A stretch of DNA of 64,000 nucleotides from contig OZ244207.1 of NCBI GenBank assembly GCA_965216875.1, positions 1,856,001 to 1,920,000 on the forward strand. Direction: 5' to 3'. Within the stretch, counting starts at the first letter, position 1. Every line of letters begins with the position of its first letter. This document shows positions 42,064 through 50,941 of the stretch, piece after piece. Source of the DNA: Rubripirellula sp. (GTDB taxonomy: Bacteria > Planctomycetota > Planctomycetia > Pirellulales > Pirellulaceae). The notes under the pieces are model-generated. The model searched no databases and was not told the DNA's origin. It worked only from the letters and a program-made list of their open reading frames with translations. Position numbers and translations under genes: made by a program.

Positions 42064-42936
42064 CTACTTGGGGGTCACCACGACGACTCCGGGGATCGAC
42101 GCACCCGGTGGGACGGCGCGAGAACTGACGTCGGCAAACTCCGCAACATTCATCGGGTTCCAGCCTTGGTCGATGCGGTAGGTGATCACAGTGGCGCCGG
42201 ATGTCGAGAAGACCAATTTCGCCCTGCCAGTCTTCTTGCAGAGGATCAATTCGAGAGTCGCTTCGCCCCCTCCGTCACGCCAGACTGACAGGTTGTCGTT
42301 GTCGTTGCCCGTGTCGACCTGCAGGCTCCATTTTCCGCCGAAGACGGAAAGTTCCGACGAGAACCCGTTCGCTTCGACTTCATAGCTCAACGGCACATGC
42401 ATCGCTGCGGACGAACGTGCGATTTCCATCGATGACTGTCCCGAGTTGCCACTGCCGCAGTAGGTTTCGTCAGAGCACTCGCCGATGAAAGTGGTTGAGT
42501 AGTTTCCACCAACTGGATTCCCCAATTCGTCGTAGAAGCAAACGGTGAGGTCGTTGCTTGGATCGGGGCCGGACCCACCACATTCCGCATTAGGAATGGA
42601 GTCGAGTTGCCAACTTCCGTCGTTTTGGTCGACTGTTCCCGAAACCGTAGCACCGCCATTGCAGCTTCCCTCGACGGTCGCTGGGTAATTGTTTCCAGAT
42701 GCCGGCGCATTGCCGTACGCACAGATCACCCCTGTCGTGCTGCCGCCGGTCACTTTCACCGGGTAGGGTTGCCCCGCCAAGGGCGCCTTGATGACCGATG
42801 CCACACCGAATTTGCCGGTGCCGGGATGGCAAATCTGCTCACAGTCCTGCTGTTGGGTCGATACGACTTCTACCGAGCTTCCGTCGGTAGGAATCGAAAT
42901 GTCTAGTCGGATCTTGATTCGCTTGCTCGACCCCAT
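42064..42936 (-). CDS. Cys/Gly/Ser-rich hypothetical beta-structured protein
   Basis: 290-aa ORF. ATG at 42936 with GGAG overlapping the end of the kinase gene. 9 Cys, no obvious signal peptide. Confidence 0.75.
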   Translation of the reverse strand: MGSSKRIKIRLDISIPTDGSSVEVVSTQQQDCEQICHPGTGKFGVASVIKAPLAGQPYPVKVTGGSTTGVICAYGNAPASGNNYPATVEGSCNGGATVSGTVDQNDGSWQLDSIPNAECGGSGPDPSNDLTVCFYDELGNPVGGNYSTTFIGECSDETYCGSGNSGQSSMEIARSSAAMHVPLSYEVEANGFSSELSVFGGKWSLQVDTGNDNDNLSVWRDGGGEATLELILCKKTGRAKLVFSTSGATVITYRIDQGWNPMNVAEFADVSSRAVPPGASIPGVVVVTPK

Positions 42937-42941
42937 GACGT

Positions 42942-44663
42942 TCACTCCACGTTGATTCTAAACTGGGACAGGATGATTGAAGCGTCGTCGATGTAGAATC
43001 CGAAGTCACCCTCCGAGTGCATGCTGTCGAGAATCTCGTTGTCAGGAACGAGCGAATCCATCGCTCGGCCGTCCCAGGTGCATGACTCAAGGCGGTAATT
43101 TCGGAAATACATCACCCAATCTTTCTTGGCGAAACCTGGGTGGGGAATTTGTGCAGACGCAACTTGCTGGGCACCATGGTAGTCGAAGTTCTCATTCAGT
43201 TTGACGATTGAGCGCACAAGCCAAAAAGAATTCTGGTTCGGTCGTTCGGTGCGTCTCAACAGTTCGATCATCTGACATTGGTATCCATCTGCAACACGAT
43301 GTAAGCCGAAGTAAAAGGCAAAGTCGCCGGCCCATCTTTGTTGGTCGACACTCATCATGATCTTGCAGTCGGGCTCGGTGATTAGGCCGATGTCGATAAA
43401 CGCCCGTCCATGTATGATCGCATGTAACTCTTCCATTTCAGGGTTGGCGACAAGCCTTGATCCGGTCTCTTCGCCCGGCATGAGCCGCTTGACAACGCCA
43501 CCACTAAGCAGCTTGGTCCATTTGCCTTTGGCGTAGTCGCGAATCGGCTCGAGCTCGGCGCTGACTTGTTCACCCCCATCGCTGTCGGAGCGTCCAATTG
43601 TGTTGTTGGCCATCGCGAGCAGCCCAACCACGACCGCGAATAGGAGCAGCGAGACGAGCAGACGAAGTGAGCCCTGGCCTTCGGAACGCGCGGGGGCGGA
43701 GGTCTCGTTCTGGTATTGGGCAAGCGCGTCACGCAGCGCGCCGGCCGTTGCGAACCTTTCGTCTATCCGCTTGGCCAGGCACTTTCGGACAATCGCGTCG
43801 AGTTCATCGGAAATCTCTTCGTTGGCCAGTTGCAACGCGGGAGGTTCGCGATTGCAGACTTCATCGGCCACTTGCTCCTTGCTGCCGCGAAAAGGACGCC
43901 TGCCGCCAAGCAATTCGTAAAGAATGACGCCCAAAGCCCAGACATCGGCCCGCCCATCCAGATACTGCGACTCGCCTCGAACCTGTTCGGGCGCCATGTA
44001 TTCGACCGTTCCGGCAAATTCGCCGCGGCGTTCGAACTGCGTCGATTCTTCGATCGCCAAGCCAAAATCCGAGACGAACGGAACACCTTCGCTGCTGATA
44101 AGGATGTTTGCGGGTTTCAGGTCGCGATGAACAAACCCAGCCCGGTGTGCAGAATGCACTGCATCGGCAACCGTGCGAATCATTTCAACCGAATCATCGA
44201 TCGATAGCGGTTCCTTTTTGGCCGCGGCTCGCAAGGTCGGCCCGTCGATCCAATCCAAGATCAGATAGACGTCGCCGTTGAGTGTTTGGTCTGCACCCAA
44301 AACACGCACAATGTTGGGGTGCCGCAACTTTGCCATCGTGCGCGCCTCGCGCAGCATCATCTCGGTGGTCTTTTCGCTCGAGCGATGGCGAGAGACCTTG
44401 ATGGCTACGTTGCACGAGAGTTTTTCATCGTATGCTTGGTAGACGACGCCAAACGCACCTTCACCGACCGGGCGAATCACACGGTATTTGCCGATGCTCT
44501 TGGGAGCCTCGGTGAACTGGGCGGGCGTTTCTCTTGCATAGACAGTGGTTGCCGACGCCGACGATGGTTCATCGAAAAGGGCGCAACCGCACTTGGGGCA
44601 ACGCGTCGAATGGACCTGATCAACGCTTGTGACTGCTGAACATTTGTAACAGGTAACTTGCAT
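42942..44663 (-). CDS. Hanks-type Ser/Thr protein kinase with N-terminal Zn-ribbon, TM and extracytoplasmic domain
   Basis: CYKC..CPKC, GEGAFG, VAIK, HRDLKPAN, DFG, YMAPE, DVWALG, TM 'LLVSLLLFAVVVGLLAM'. Confidence 0.93.
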   Translation of the reverse strand: MQVTCYKCSAVTSVDQVHSTRCPKCGCALFDEPSSASATTVYARETPAQFTEAPKSIGKYRVIRPVGEGAFGVVYQAYDEKLSCNVAIKVSRHRSSEKTTEMMLREARTMAKLRHPNIVRVLGADQTLNGDVYLILDWIDGPTLRAAAKKEPLSIDDSVEMIRTVADAVHSAHRAGFVHRDLKPANILISSEGVPFVSDFGLAIEESTQFERRGEFAGTVEYMAPEQVRGESQYLDGRADVWALGVILYELLGGRRPFRGSKEQVADEVCNREPPALQLANEEISDELDAIVRKCLAKRIDERFATAGALRDALAQYQNETSAPARSEGQGSLRLLVSLLLFAVVVGLLAMANNTIGRSDSDGGEQVSAELEPIRDYAKGKWTKLLSGGVVKRLMPGEETGSRLVANPEMEELHAIIHGRAFIDIGLITEPDCKIMMSVDQQRWAGDFAFYFGLHRVADGYQCQMIELLRRTERPNQNSFWLVRSIVKLNENFDYHGAQQVASAQIPHPGFAKKDWVMYFRNYRLESCTWDGRAMDSLVPDNEILDSMHSEGDFGFYIDDASIILSQFRINVE

Positions 44664-44793
44664 TGACGTTGATCACACGATGCTTTGGTGTGCCCCTATA
44701 AATCCGAACACCAATCAGGTTATCAGCTACCCCATGCCCCAGCAATTTGTTCTGCGATCACAGCAGGTAATTTCGCAGAAACAAGAACACGTC

Positions 44794-45303
44794 TCACTCA
44801 GAAAGAATGCGCTGCCAATAACCAACGTCGATCCAGCGGTCGAACTTGAAACCGACTTGGCGGTAGTAGGCAGCTCGTTGCATTCCAAACTTTTCATGCA
44901 ACACGACACTCGCTGGATTCGGTAGCGCGACGCCGCCAATGATGGTGTGGATTCCTTTGGCGGTAAGTCGATCGATTAGATCAGCGTAAAGCGCCGAGCC
45001 GATGCCACGTCCGGTGTGGTTGGGTGACAAATAGACCGTGATTTCCGCAGAGAATCGGTAGGCGGCACGTTGGTGCCATTGTGCAGCATAGGCGTAGCCG
45101 GCGACCTCCTCGTCATCAACGACCGCAACCAACCATGGAAAACCATGCTCGATCACCCTGTCATAGCGAGACCTCATCTCGTCGGCCGATACCGGGTCGA
45201 CTTCAAACGTGACAACGGTCTCGCTGATGTAATGGTTGTAAATCTCTGCAATCGCGACGAAATCGTCGGCGATCGCTTCACGGACTGCTACCTCGGCACT
45301 CAT
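44794..45303 (-). CDS. GNAT N-acetyltransferase (phosphinothricin/ArsN1-like, Pat/YncA family)
   Basis: 'IYNHYI....TFE', 'PWLV', 'R.AY', 'GRGIGS.LY', 'N.ASV.LHEKFG', 'GFKFDRW.D'. Confidence 0.9.
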   Translation of the reverse strand: MSAEVAVREAIADDFVAIAEIYNHYISETVVTFEVDPVSADEMRSRYDRVIEHGFPWLVAVVDDEEVAGYAYAAQWHQRAAYRFSAEITVYLSPNHTGRGIGSALYADLIDRLTAKGIHTIIGGVALPNPASVVLHEKFGMQRAAYYRQVGFKFDRWIDVGYWQRILSE

Positions 45304-45309
45304 TGCCAG

Positions 45310-46047
45310 TTACTTGGCCTCTTTTGATGAAAGGGAAAAGATCTGGACGTCATCAACGACGGCGCGCTTAGGCACAGCGAGCCGAAGGGTACGTTTGGTT
45401 GGATGCGCGATCCCTTCGGAAGCAAACTTGGCAACCTCATCGCCGTCGATCTGCACTGCCAGTGTGTCGCCCTTGACCGTGACGACAAGGTCATGCCACG
45501 TCCCAGGCTTCAATTGGTGAGGGAAGCGTTTCTCGTTGCGTTTGATTCTCTCTTTGGCTTCCTCGGTCAGTTGGTCTGCAAGCCGCATCTGACGTGTCTT
45601 CAAGTCCATGCGTCCCATCTTTAAGTCAGAAAGCTGGACGGACTTGGTCGCGATCTTGGCGACAAACAAATGACCCGCGTGAACCTTTTTGTATTTGAGG
45701 TCAGCGAAGTTGAGCCCCAAGCTGTCTTGATCGCGCGGCAGCATGAACCGAAGTCGCACCTGACCGTCGCGAAACTCTGCAGGATGCGTCACTGAGACTG
45801 CGTGGTCGGCGGTTGGGTGCATTTCGATGTGCATCGTTCCGTCACGCAAGTCGACTTGCTTGTTTCCGCCGGCACGCTTGGCACTGTTGGTTCCCCAGCC
45901 TTGTCCAAGTTCCTCTTTGGCGTCATCCGACTCGGACCGTTCGAATTTGTCTTCGAAAAGAAGGGTGGCATTTCGGTGGGTGCTGTCGTCGGCAAATGCG
46001 GTAACCGAAACGGCGAACAGACACAGTGCAGATAGGATTCGATTCAT
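45310..46047 (-). CDS. Secreted hypothetical protein, probable concanavalin-like beta-sandwich
   Basis: Signal peptide, 'LLFED.F', 'WHDL.V.V.G....V.IDG', 'VDDVQI'. Confidence 0.7.
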   Translation of the reverse strand: MNRILSALCLFAVSVTAFADDSTHRNATLLFEDKFERSESDDAKEELGQGWGTNSAKRAGGNKQVDLRDGTMHIEMHPTADHAVSVTHPAEFRDGQVRLRFMLPRDQDSLGLNFADLKYKKVHAGHLFVAKIATKSVQLSDLKMGRMDLKTRQMRLADQLTEEAKERIKRNEKRFPHQLKPGTWHDLVVTVKGDTLAVQIDGDEVAKFASEGIAHPTKRTLRLAVPKRAVVDDVQIFSLSSKEAK

Positions 46048-46203
46048 GGTTGTGGTGGCTCAATCGAAGGAGGGATGGTGAGGGTCTGGATTGTAGCTCA
46101 TGCAGCAGGGAATACAGTACCGGTGCCTGATTCGGCGTGGCAGCTGGTCTAGAATACCTGCCCGCGTCGTATTGGTTCTTTAGTTTTCATTGGCGTCCTC
46201 AAA

Positions 46204-47961
46204 ATGCACCGCAAGCCGCGATCTCTCGCTTTGTTTCTGCTGTTGGCGATTTCGGTCAAAGCGTACGCGGTTCCTCCCAACGTGGTTGTCGTGTTGACGG
46301 ACGATCAAGGTTGGGGCGATTTGGAGATCAATGGGAACACCAATCTGAAAACGCCGAATATTGATTCGCTTGCTCATGACGGAACGACGGTCGAACACTT
46401 TTATGTTTGCCAGGTTTGCGCGCCGACACGTGCCGAGTTTTTTACGGGCCGCTACTACCCGCGTACGGGCGTCAGCGGTGTCAGCCGTGGGGAAGAAAGG
46501 CTCAACGCAGACGAAACAACCATCGCCGAAGTGTTTCGAGCGTCCGGTTATCGTACGGGTGCGTTTGGTAAATGGCACAACGGCACGCAATCCCCACTCC
46601 ACCCAAATGACAAAGGCTTCGATGAGTTCTACGGATTCACTTCGGGGCATTGGGGACACTATTTCAGTCCACCGCTGGACCACAACGGAACCATGGTGCG
46701 CGGTAATGGATTTGTAGTCGATGACTTTACGGATCACGCGATCGACTTTATTCGAGAGCACCGATCGAAACCCTTCTTCTGCTACCTGCCGCTAAACACG
46801 CCCCATTCGCCGATGATGATCGACGATCGGTTCTACAACAAATTCAAAGACCAACCGATTGGGATGACTCATCGCGACCCCAAACGCGAGGACGTCATGA
46901 TGACGCGCGCGGCGCTGGCGATGGTCGAAAACATTGATTGGAACGTCGGCCGGCTCCTGGCGTCGATCGACGAGCTTGGGTTGCGGGAAAACACGATTGT
47001 CGTCTTCTTTTCAGACAATGGTCCGAATTCGTATCGGTGGAACGGAGGCATGAAGGGGCGAAAAGGCGCGATTGACGAAGGAGGTTTGAGGTCGCCATTG
47101 ATGATTCGTTGGCCAGGCAAAATCAAACACGCCCGACGTTTGCGACCGATTCAGGGCGCAATCGATCTCCTTCCGACACTTTGCGATCTGTGCGGCGTTG
47201 ACTTGGAAAGCCGCAAGCCGCTCGACGGCGTTAGCTTTGCGCCCAATCTGCTGGGTAGGCAAACAACCAAATCCGATCGATTGCTCTTCGCAGTCAAGGG
47301 AAAGAACGTAAGCGTGCGCAGTCAGAACTTCCGGCTCGATGCGACGGGGAAGCTTTTTCATATTGAGAGCGATCCCGGACAAACGAAGGACGTTTCCAAA
47401 CAATATCCGGAACGGTTCGCCGAACTCAGCAAGGCGGCCCGAAGCCACTTGTTGGCGATGCAAAAGGAGTTCGAGGCGAATTCGGATCGGCCATTCCATG
47501 TCGGATTCGGAAAACATGGAACGTTGCCGGCCCGGGATGCCATTCCCCATGGATCGATTGAGCGGTCGTCGAAAGCACCAAACAACTCTTTCTTGGTCAA
47601 TTGGACCTCGAGTGACGACGCAATCACATGGGATGTCGATGTTGCCAAGCCTGGGCTTTACGACGTGACTTTGCGTTACACATGTCGCGAGGGAAACGAG
47701 AACGCGGTCGTTCAGTTGGCGTCCGATGCTGGCGGGACTGTCAAAGCCAAAATCAAGGAGGTCTTTGATCCGCCGCTGTATGACAAATCAAAAGAACGTG
47801 TGGAGAAGTCCCACTACTTTGTCAAAGACTTTCGGCCAATCGATCTGGGCTCTATCAAGTTGTCAGGTGGACGGCAGACGTTGACCCTGCGGGCGATCGA
47901 GATCCCTGGCAAGGGCGTCGTGGACGTTCATTCAATCGACGTCGCCTTCACCAAGCCGTGA
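46204..47961 (+). CDS. Arylsulfatase family with C-terminal CBM-like domain
   Basis: 'DDQGWGD', CAPTR, GKWHNG, SDNG, 'EGG.R.P'. Confidence 0.92.
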   Translation: MHRKPRSLALFLLLAISVKAYAVPPNVVVVLTDDQGWGDLEINGNTNLKTPNIDSLAHDGTTVEHFYVCQVCAPTRAEFFTGRYYPRTGVSGVSRGEERLNADETTIAEVFRASGYRTGAFGKWHNGTQSPLHPNDKGFDEFYGFTSGHWGHYFSPPLDHNGTMVRGNGFVVDDFTDHAIDFIREHRSKPFFCYLPLNTPHSPMMIDDRFYNKFKDQPIGMTHRDPKREDVMMTRAALAMVENIDWNVGRLLASIDELGLRENTIVVFFSDNGPNSYRWNGGMKGRKGAIDEGGLRSPLMIRWPGKIKHARRLRPIQGAIDLLPTLCDLCGVDLESRKPLDGVSFAPNLLGRQTTKSDRLLFAVKGKNVSVRSQNFRLDATGKLFHIESDPGQTKDVSKQYPERFAELSKAARSHLLAMQKEFEANSDRPFHVGFGKHGTLPARDAIPHGSIERSSKAPNNSFLVNWTSSDDAITWDVDVAKPGLYDVTLRYTCREGNENAVVQLASDAGGTVKAKIKEVFDPPLYDKSKERVEKSHYFVKDFRPIDLGSIKLSGGRQTLTLRAIEIPGKGVVDVHSIDVAFTKP

Positions 47962-47963
47962 TT

Positions 47964-49136
47964 TCATTCGCTCGTAACCGTTTGCTCATCGACGAGCTTT
48001 TGAAACTGCTGCCAATGGTCCGAAGACGCGAACATTTGCGGCTTTGCGATGATCAACTGCCGAACGCCTGAGCGTTGCAGCGAGATTCGATCGTCCGAAT
48101 TCTCGATGCAACGGATTTGCATCCAAGGGACAAAGGTCGTTGTTACGGCGTAGTCGGCCGTAATTCCCTTGTCGGTCGCAAAGGCAACAACATAAAGCAC
48201 GCTGTGCTGCGACGCCCCGCCAGACCAATGGTTTCGTGCTGCCCGATAGAGCCCGAGGCTCAAGAAAAGCGTGACGGTCACTGCAACGAAAGTGTTGCCA
48301 AGAGGTTGAGCGATGCCTAACGCAATTGACGCGCCAAAAAAAGCCAACCCAACGAGAACGAGCTTTGCACGTCGGGGTCGGTTTCGCCAACGGGAGTGAG
48401 CGCGACGGGGCAAGTCGGCACGTGTGATGCTGCCTCGGAATGTGATTGCCGAGTCGGGGCCATCCACGCTTGGATCACGCTTTCGACGCAAGAGTCCGCG
48501 GACGTCATATTTGCGGTAGTTGGTCGTGCCGAAATCGGTATTGGGGTCATGCAGCATCTCTGCAACTTCTTTGACCCGATCCCAATCACTCAGGCTTGAG
48601 AGCATGGAAGCGGCGACAAGCAGAGGTTCGTGGTTGTGAAGAGAGGGCCGAAAAGCAATCGCTTGTTCGCCAATGATCGCATCGTCGAACCAATCCCAGC
48701 GAAACGATTGTGCGACACCGTCTCGAGTGAGTGATACCCCTTGGGCATCAATGGTGCCGGCGCAAGGCTTGTAGCAGTCGGGATTGGCTCTGTTGAAGAC
48801 AGCCAGCCGGTAGGGAAGTGTTGACGTGATCGCGGCGATCAGTGCGATTCCCAGATAGCCGATCGAGATCGGCAAACCTTCCCAGCCGAGAAACAGATGC
48901 GGAATGATTGCAAACGGAGTCGCAAGTAGCAGGATCAGGAGCATCGACCGAACGTCAACATGGTCGTAGTGCCGCAAGTAGTCGCGCACGTTTTCGACCG
49001 AGAGCGAACCGGTGAATGGGACCGGATCGGCCAGCAGTGTCGGTAGGTCGTTGCCACTGCCGGTTGGTTCGACATGCGCCGGAGGAGCGTACGGATTTGA
49101 CTCGACGATATCGGAGTCAGCGTTATTGTTGGACAT
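47964..49136 (-). CDS. Membrane protein with two YcxB-like repeats
   Basis: 'NPYAPP' N-terminus, then two units of [F.GS.. + 2 TM + PH-like '..W']. Confidence 0.65.
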   Translation of the reverse strand: MSNNNADSDIVESNPYAPPAHVEPTGSGNDLPTLLADPVPFTGSLSVENVRDYLRHYDHVDVRSMLLILLLATPFAIIPHLFLGWEGLPISIGYLGIALIAAITSTLPYRLAVFNRANPDCYKPCAGTIDAQGVSLTRDGVAQSFRWDWFDDAIIGEQAIAFRPSLHNHEPLLVAASMLSSLSDWDRVKEVAEMLHDPNTDFGTTNYRKYDVRGLLRRKRDPSVDGPDSAITFRGSITRADLPRRAHSRWRNRPRRAKLVLVGLAFFGASIALGIAQPLGNTFVAVTVTLFLSLGLYRAARNHWSGGASQHSVLYVVAFATDKGITADYAVTTTFVPWMQIRCIENSDDRISLQRSGVRQLIIAKPQMFASSDHWQQFQKLVDEQTVTSE

Positions 49137-49158
49137 TCAGGGGCATCGGCAGTCGCGT

Positions 49159-49542
49159 CTACGCTTCTTCGATCGGTTCGAGATCGGCAACCACATACCA
49201 ATTGGTGACCTTGGTTTCGGTGCACTCAACAAAGAATCGCCATTCCGAGCTTGTGTAGTCCCACGACATGTCCTTGATGTCGCCGTCGTGGAAGGACTCT
49301 GGCAGATTGACGCGAACATGGTCAAACAAAATCATTTCCGGTGGATAGATTTGTTCCGGGTGTGGATTCATTGCTGTCAGCAGCGTTGTGATCGCGAGCC
49401 GCAAATTCTTGATTTGGCACTCAGTGGCGTCGTTGATTGATTCTTTGCCAGAGGGACGATGGACCACTTTGATCGCAGCGGATTCCGATCCGTCCGAAGG
49501 TGTGAAGACGTGGACAGCGAGATCGTCTGCGCGAAGTTGCAC
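49159..49542 (-). CDS. Hypothetical protein: release-factor-domain-3-like N-terminus lacking GGQ, plus SH3-like C-terminus
   Basis: 127 aa, GTG start with AGGGA upstream, 'DL.V..F..S.G..SAAIKVVH.PSG......Q.KN...A...L'. Confidence 0.65.
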   Translation of the reverse strand: MQLRADDLAVHVFTPSDGSESAAIKVVHRPSGKESINDATECQIKNLRLAITTLLTAMNPHPEQIYPPEMILFDHVRVNLPESFHDGDIKDMSWDYTSSEWRFFVECTETKVTNWYVVADLEPIEEA

Positions 49543-49625
49543 TTGATTGTTTCCCTAGACGAGGCGGTTCAAACAGGCCTCTGATTGTATCGCGCAAACG
49601 GTGAGCAAGAAGACGGTTCCCGCCG

Positions 49626-49737
49626 GTGAGCCGCAGGCCCCGATCGGTCGAGGCCCTGATACGTAGAGGCCCTGATGAGTTGAGGCATAGGGCCCTTTGG
49701 ATGCGTAGGGCCCGCTCACTAGCGCGATCGCGGCTCA
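49626..49737. repeat. REP-like element (GTGAGCCG...CGGCTCA) with internal GAGGCCCTGAT repeats
   Basis: Ends TGAGCCGC...GCGGCTCA are inverted. CGCGATCGCGGCTCA is shared with the 39659-39840 copy. Confidence 0.75.
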
Positions 49738-49753
49738 TCGGAAACCGCAGTGG

Positions 49754-50689
49754 TTATCCCAATGACGGCGGAAGCGATTCCGCAATCGGACTGAGGTAAA
49801 GCGTTTCGGCATGATGCTTTTCCGCTTTTGGCCGCAGGAGAGCTGCCGCGGCGGCCAGCAAATCGCGGCGGCTGACTTGGCCGATCAGTTTACCGTTTTC
49901 AAGGACGGGAAGTCGGCGATAAGGAGTCGTTAGGAACATTTGAGCGACGGACAGGATATCGTCACCCATCGCGATCGTCTGAGCATTGCTGTCCATAAAA
50001 CGATCAATCGAGGAGAGCGTTGATGCCTTCATGAGCCGTTCGTCCGCCGTGCCGTTTTCAATCTTGGTCGACACGTCTTTGGCGACGCGGAGCTCGGCAC
50101 GTAGCACATCGCGCCGAGAGACTTGGCCAGCGAGCAGATCGCCACGCAGGATCGGTAATCGCCGATAAGGCGTCTGTTGGAACTTGTGAGCAAGATCCAA
50201 AAGATTGGTGTCTTCGCCGAAAATCCGTTGCCGGTCTGTATTCATATACGACCCAACGTTCGATCCGGGAAGTTGGTCGTAGGCAGCCGCCAACAGCACA
50301 CGCATTGCCGTCTTTTCTGAAAAGATCCCGAGGAAGCGGCCCGATGCATCGACTACGGGCGCACCCGATACTCGCTTTGCGAGGATGTCATCGATCGCTT
50401 CAAAAACGTCAAGCTCAGGACAGAGGGTCGTCAAGCTGCTGGTCATGATTTCGCGCGCTCGAACGATATGCATGCCAACTTCATCGCCAAGTTCAACGGT
50501 GTCGGTCAACGCGTTGATGGAACACTTCTCTGAAAAGACACCGAGGAAGGTTCCTGCAGCATCCACAACGGGCGCGCCAGAAATGTTGCTTCGCAACAGG
50601 CGGTCGATACCGTCGAGAACACAGGTTTGCGGTTCCAGAGTCACAAGCTGTCGCCGCATGAAGTCTTGTGCGATTTGCATTGTTGCCAT
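49754..50689 (-). CDS. Protein with four CBS domains
   Basis: Two 'SGAPVVD..G.FLG.FSEK' units followed by two 'TPYRRLP.L..G/D.L.GQVSRRD' units. Confidence 0.9.
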   Translation of the reverse strand: MATMQIAQDFMRRQLVTLEPQTCVLDGIDRLLRSNISGAPVVDAAGTFLGVFSEKCSINALTDTVELGDEVGMHIVRAREIMTSSLTTLCPELDVFEAIDDILAKRVSGAPVVDASGRFLGIFSEKTAMRVLLAAAYDQLPGSNVGSYMNTDRQRIFGEDTNLLDLAHKFQQTPYRRLPILRGDLLAGQVSRRDVLRAELRVAKDVSTKIENGTADERLMKASTLSSIDRFMDSNAQTIAMGDDILSVAQMFLTTPYRRLPVLENGKLIGQVSRRDLLAAAAALLRPKAEKHHAETLYLSPIAESLPPSLG

Positions 50690-50941
50690 GGCAAGTGTCC
50701 GTTTGAACGAAGGGATAAGCACCGCCAAAGCGCACCTGCAAGAAACCGCCTTGACGAATAAGACAAAGTGAAATCCTTGTCACCAACGTTCCAAAGCTAA
50801 ACGTGCAAAAGTTTCAAGTCAAACTTTTTGAGCCTCTTTGTCTTGTGAAACAATGCACAACCTAAGCGACAAGTAAGCGCAGCTGCGGTTGTGTGAAAAC
50901 AGATAAACTCCGCAAGGTAGTTTGTGACACTGTGCACAAAC

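Noticed and set aside
41776..42066. Possible readthrough or frameshift fusion of the Cys-rich gene to the glycosyltransferase
   Set aside because: The frame stays open after the TAG, but fusion would need both readthrough and a frameshift. The GT has its own GGGAG plus TTG start.
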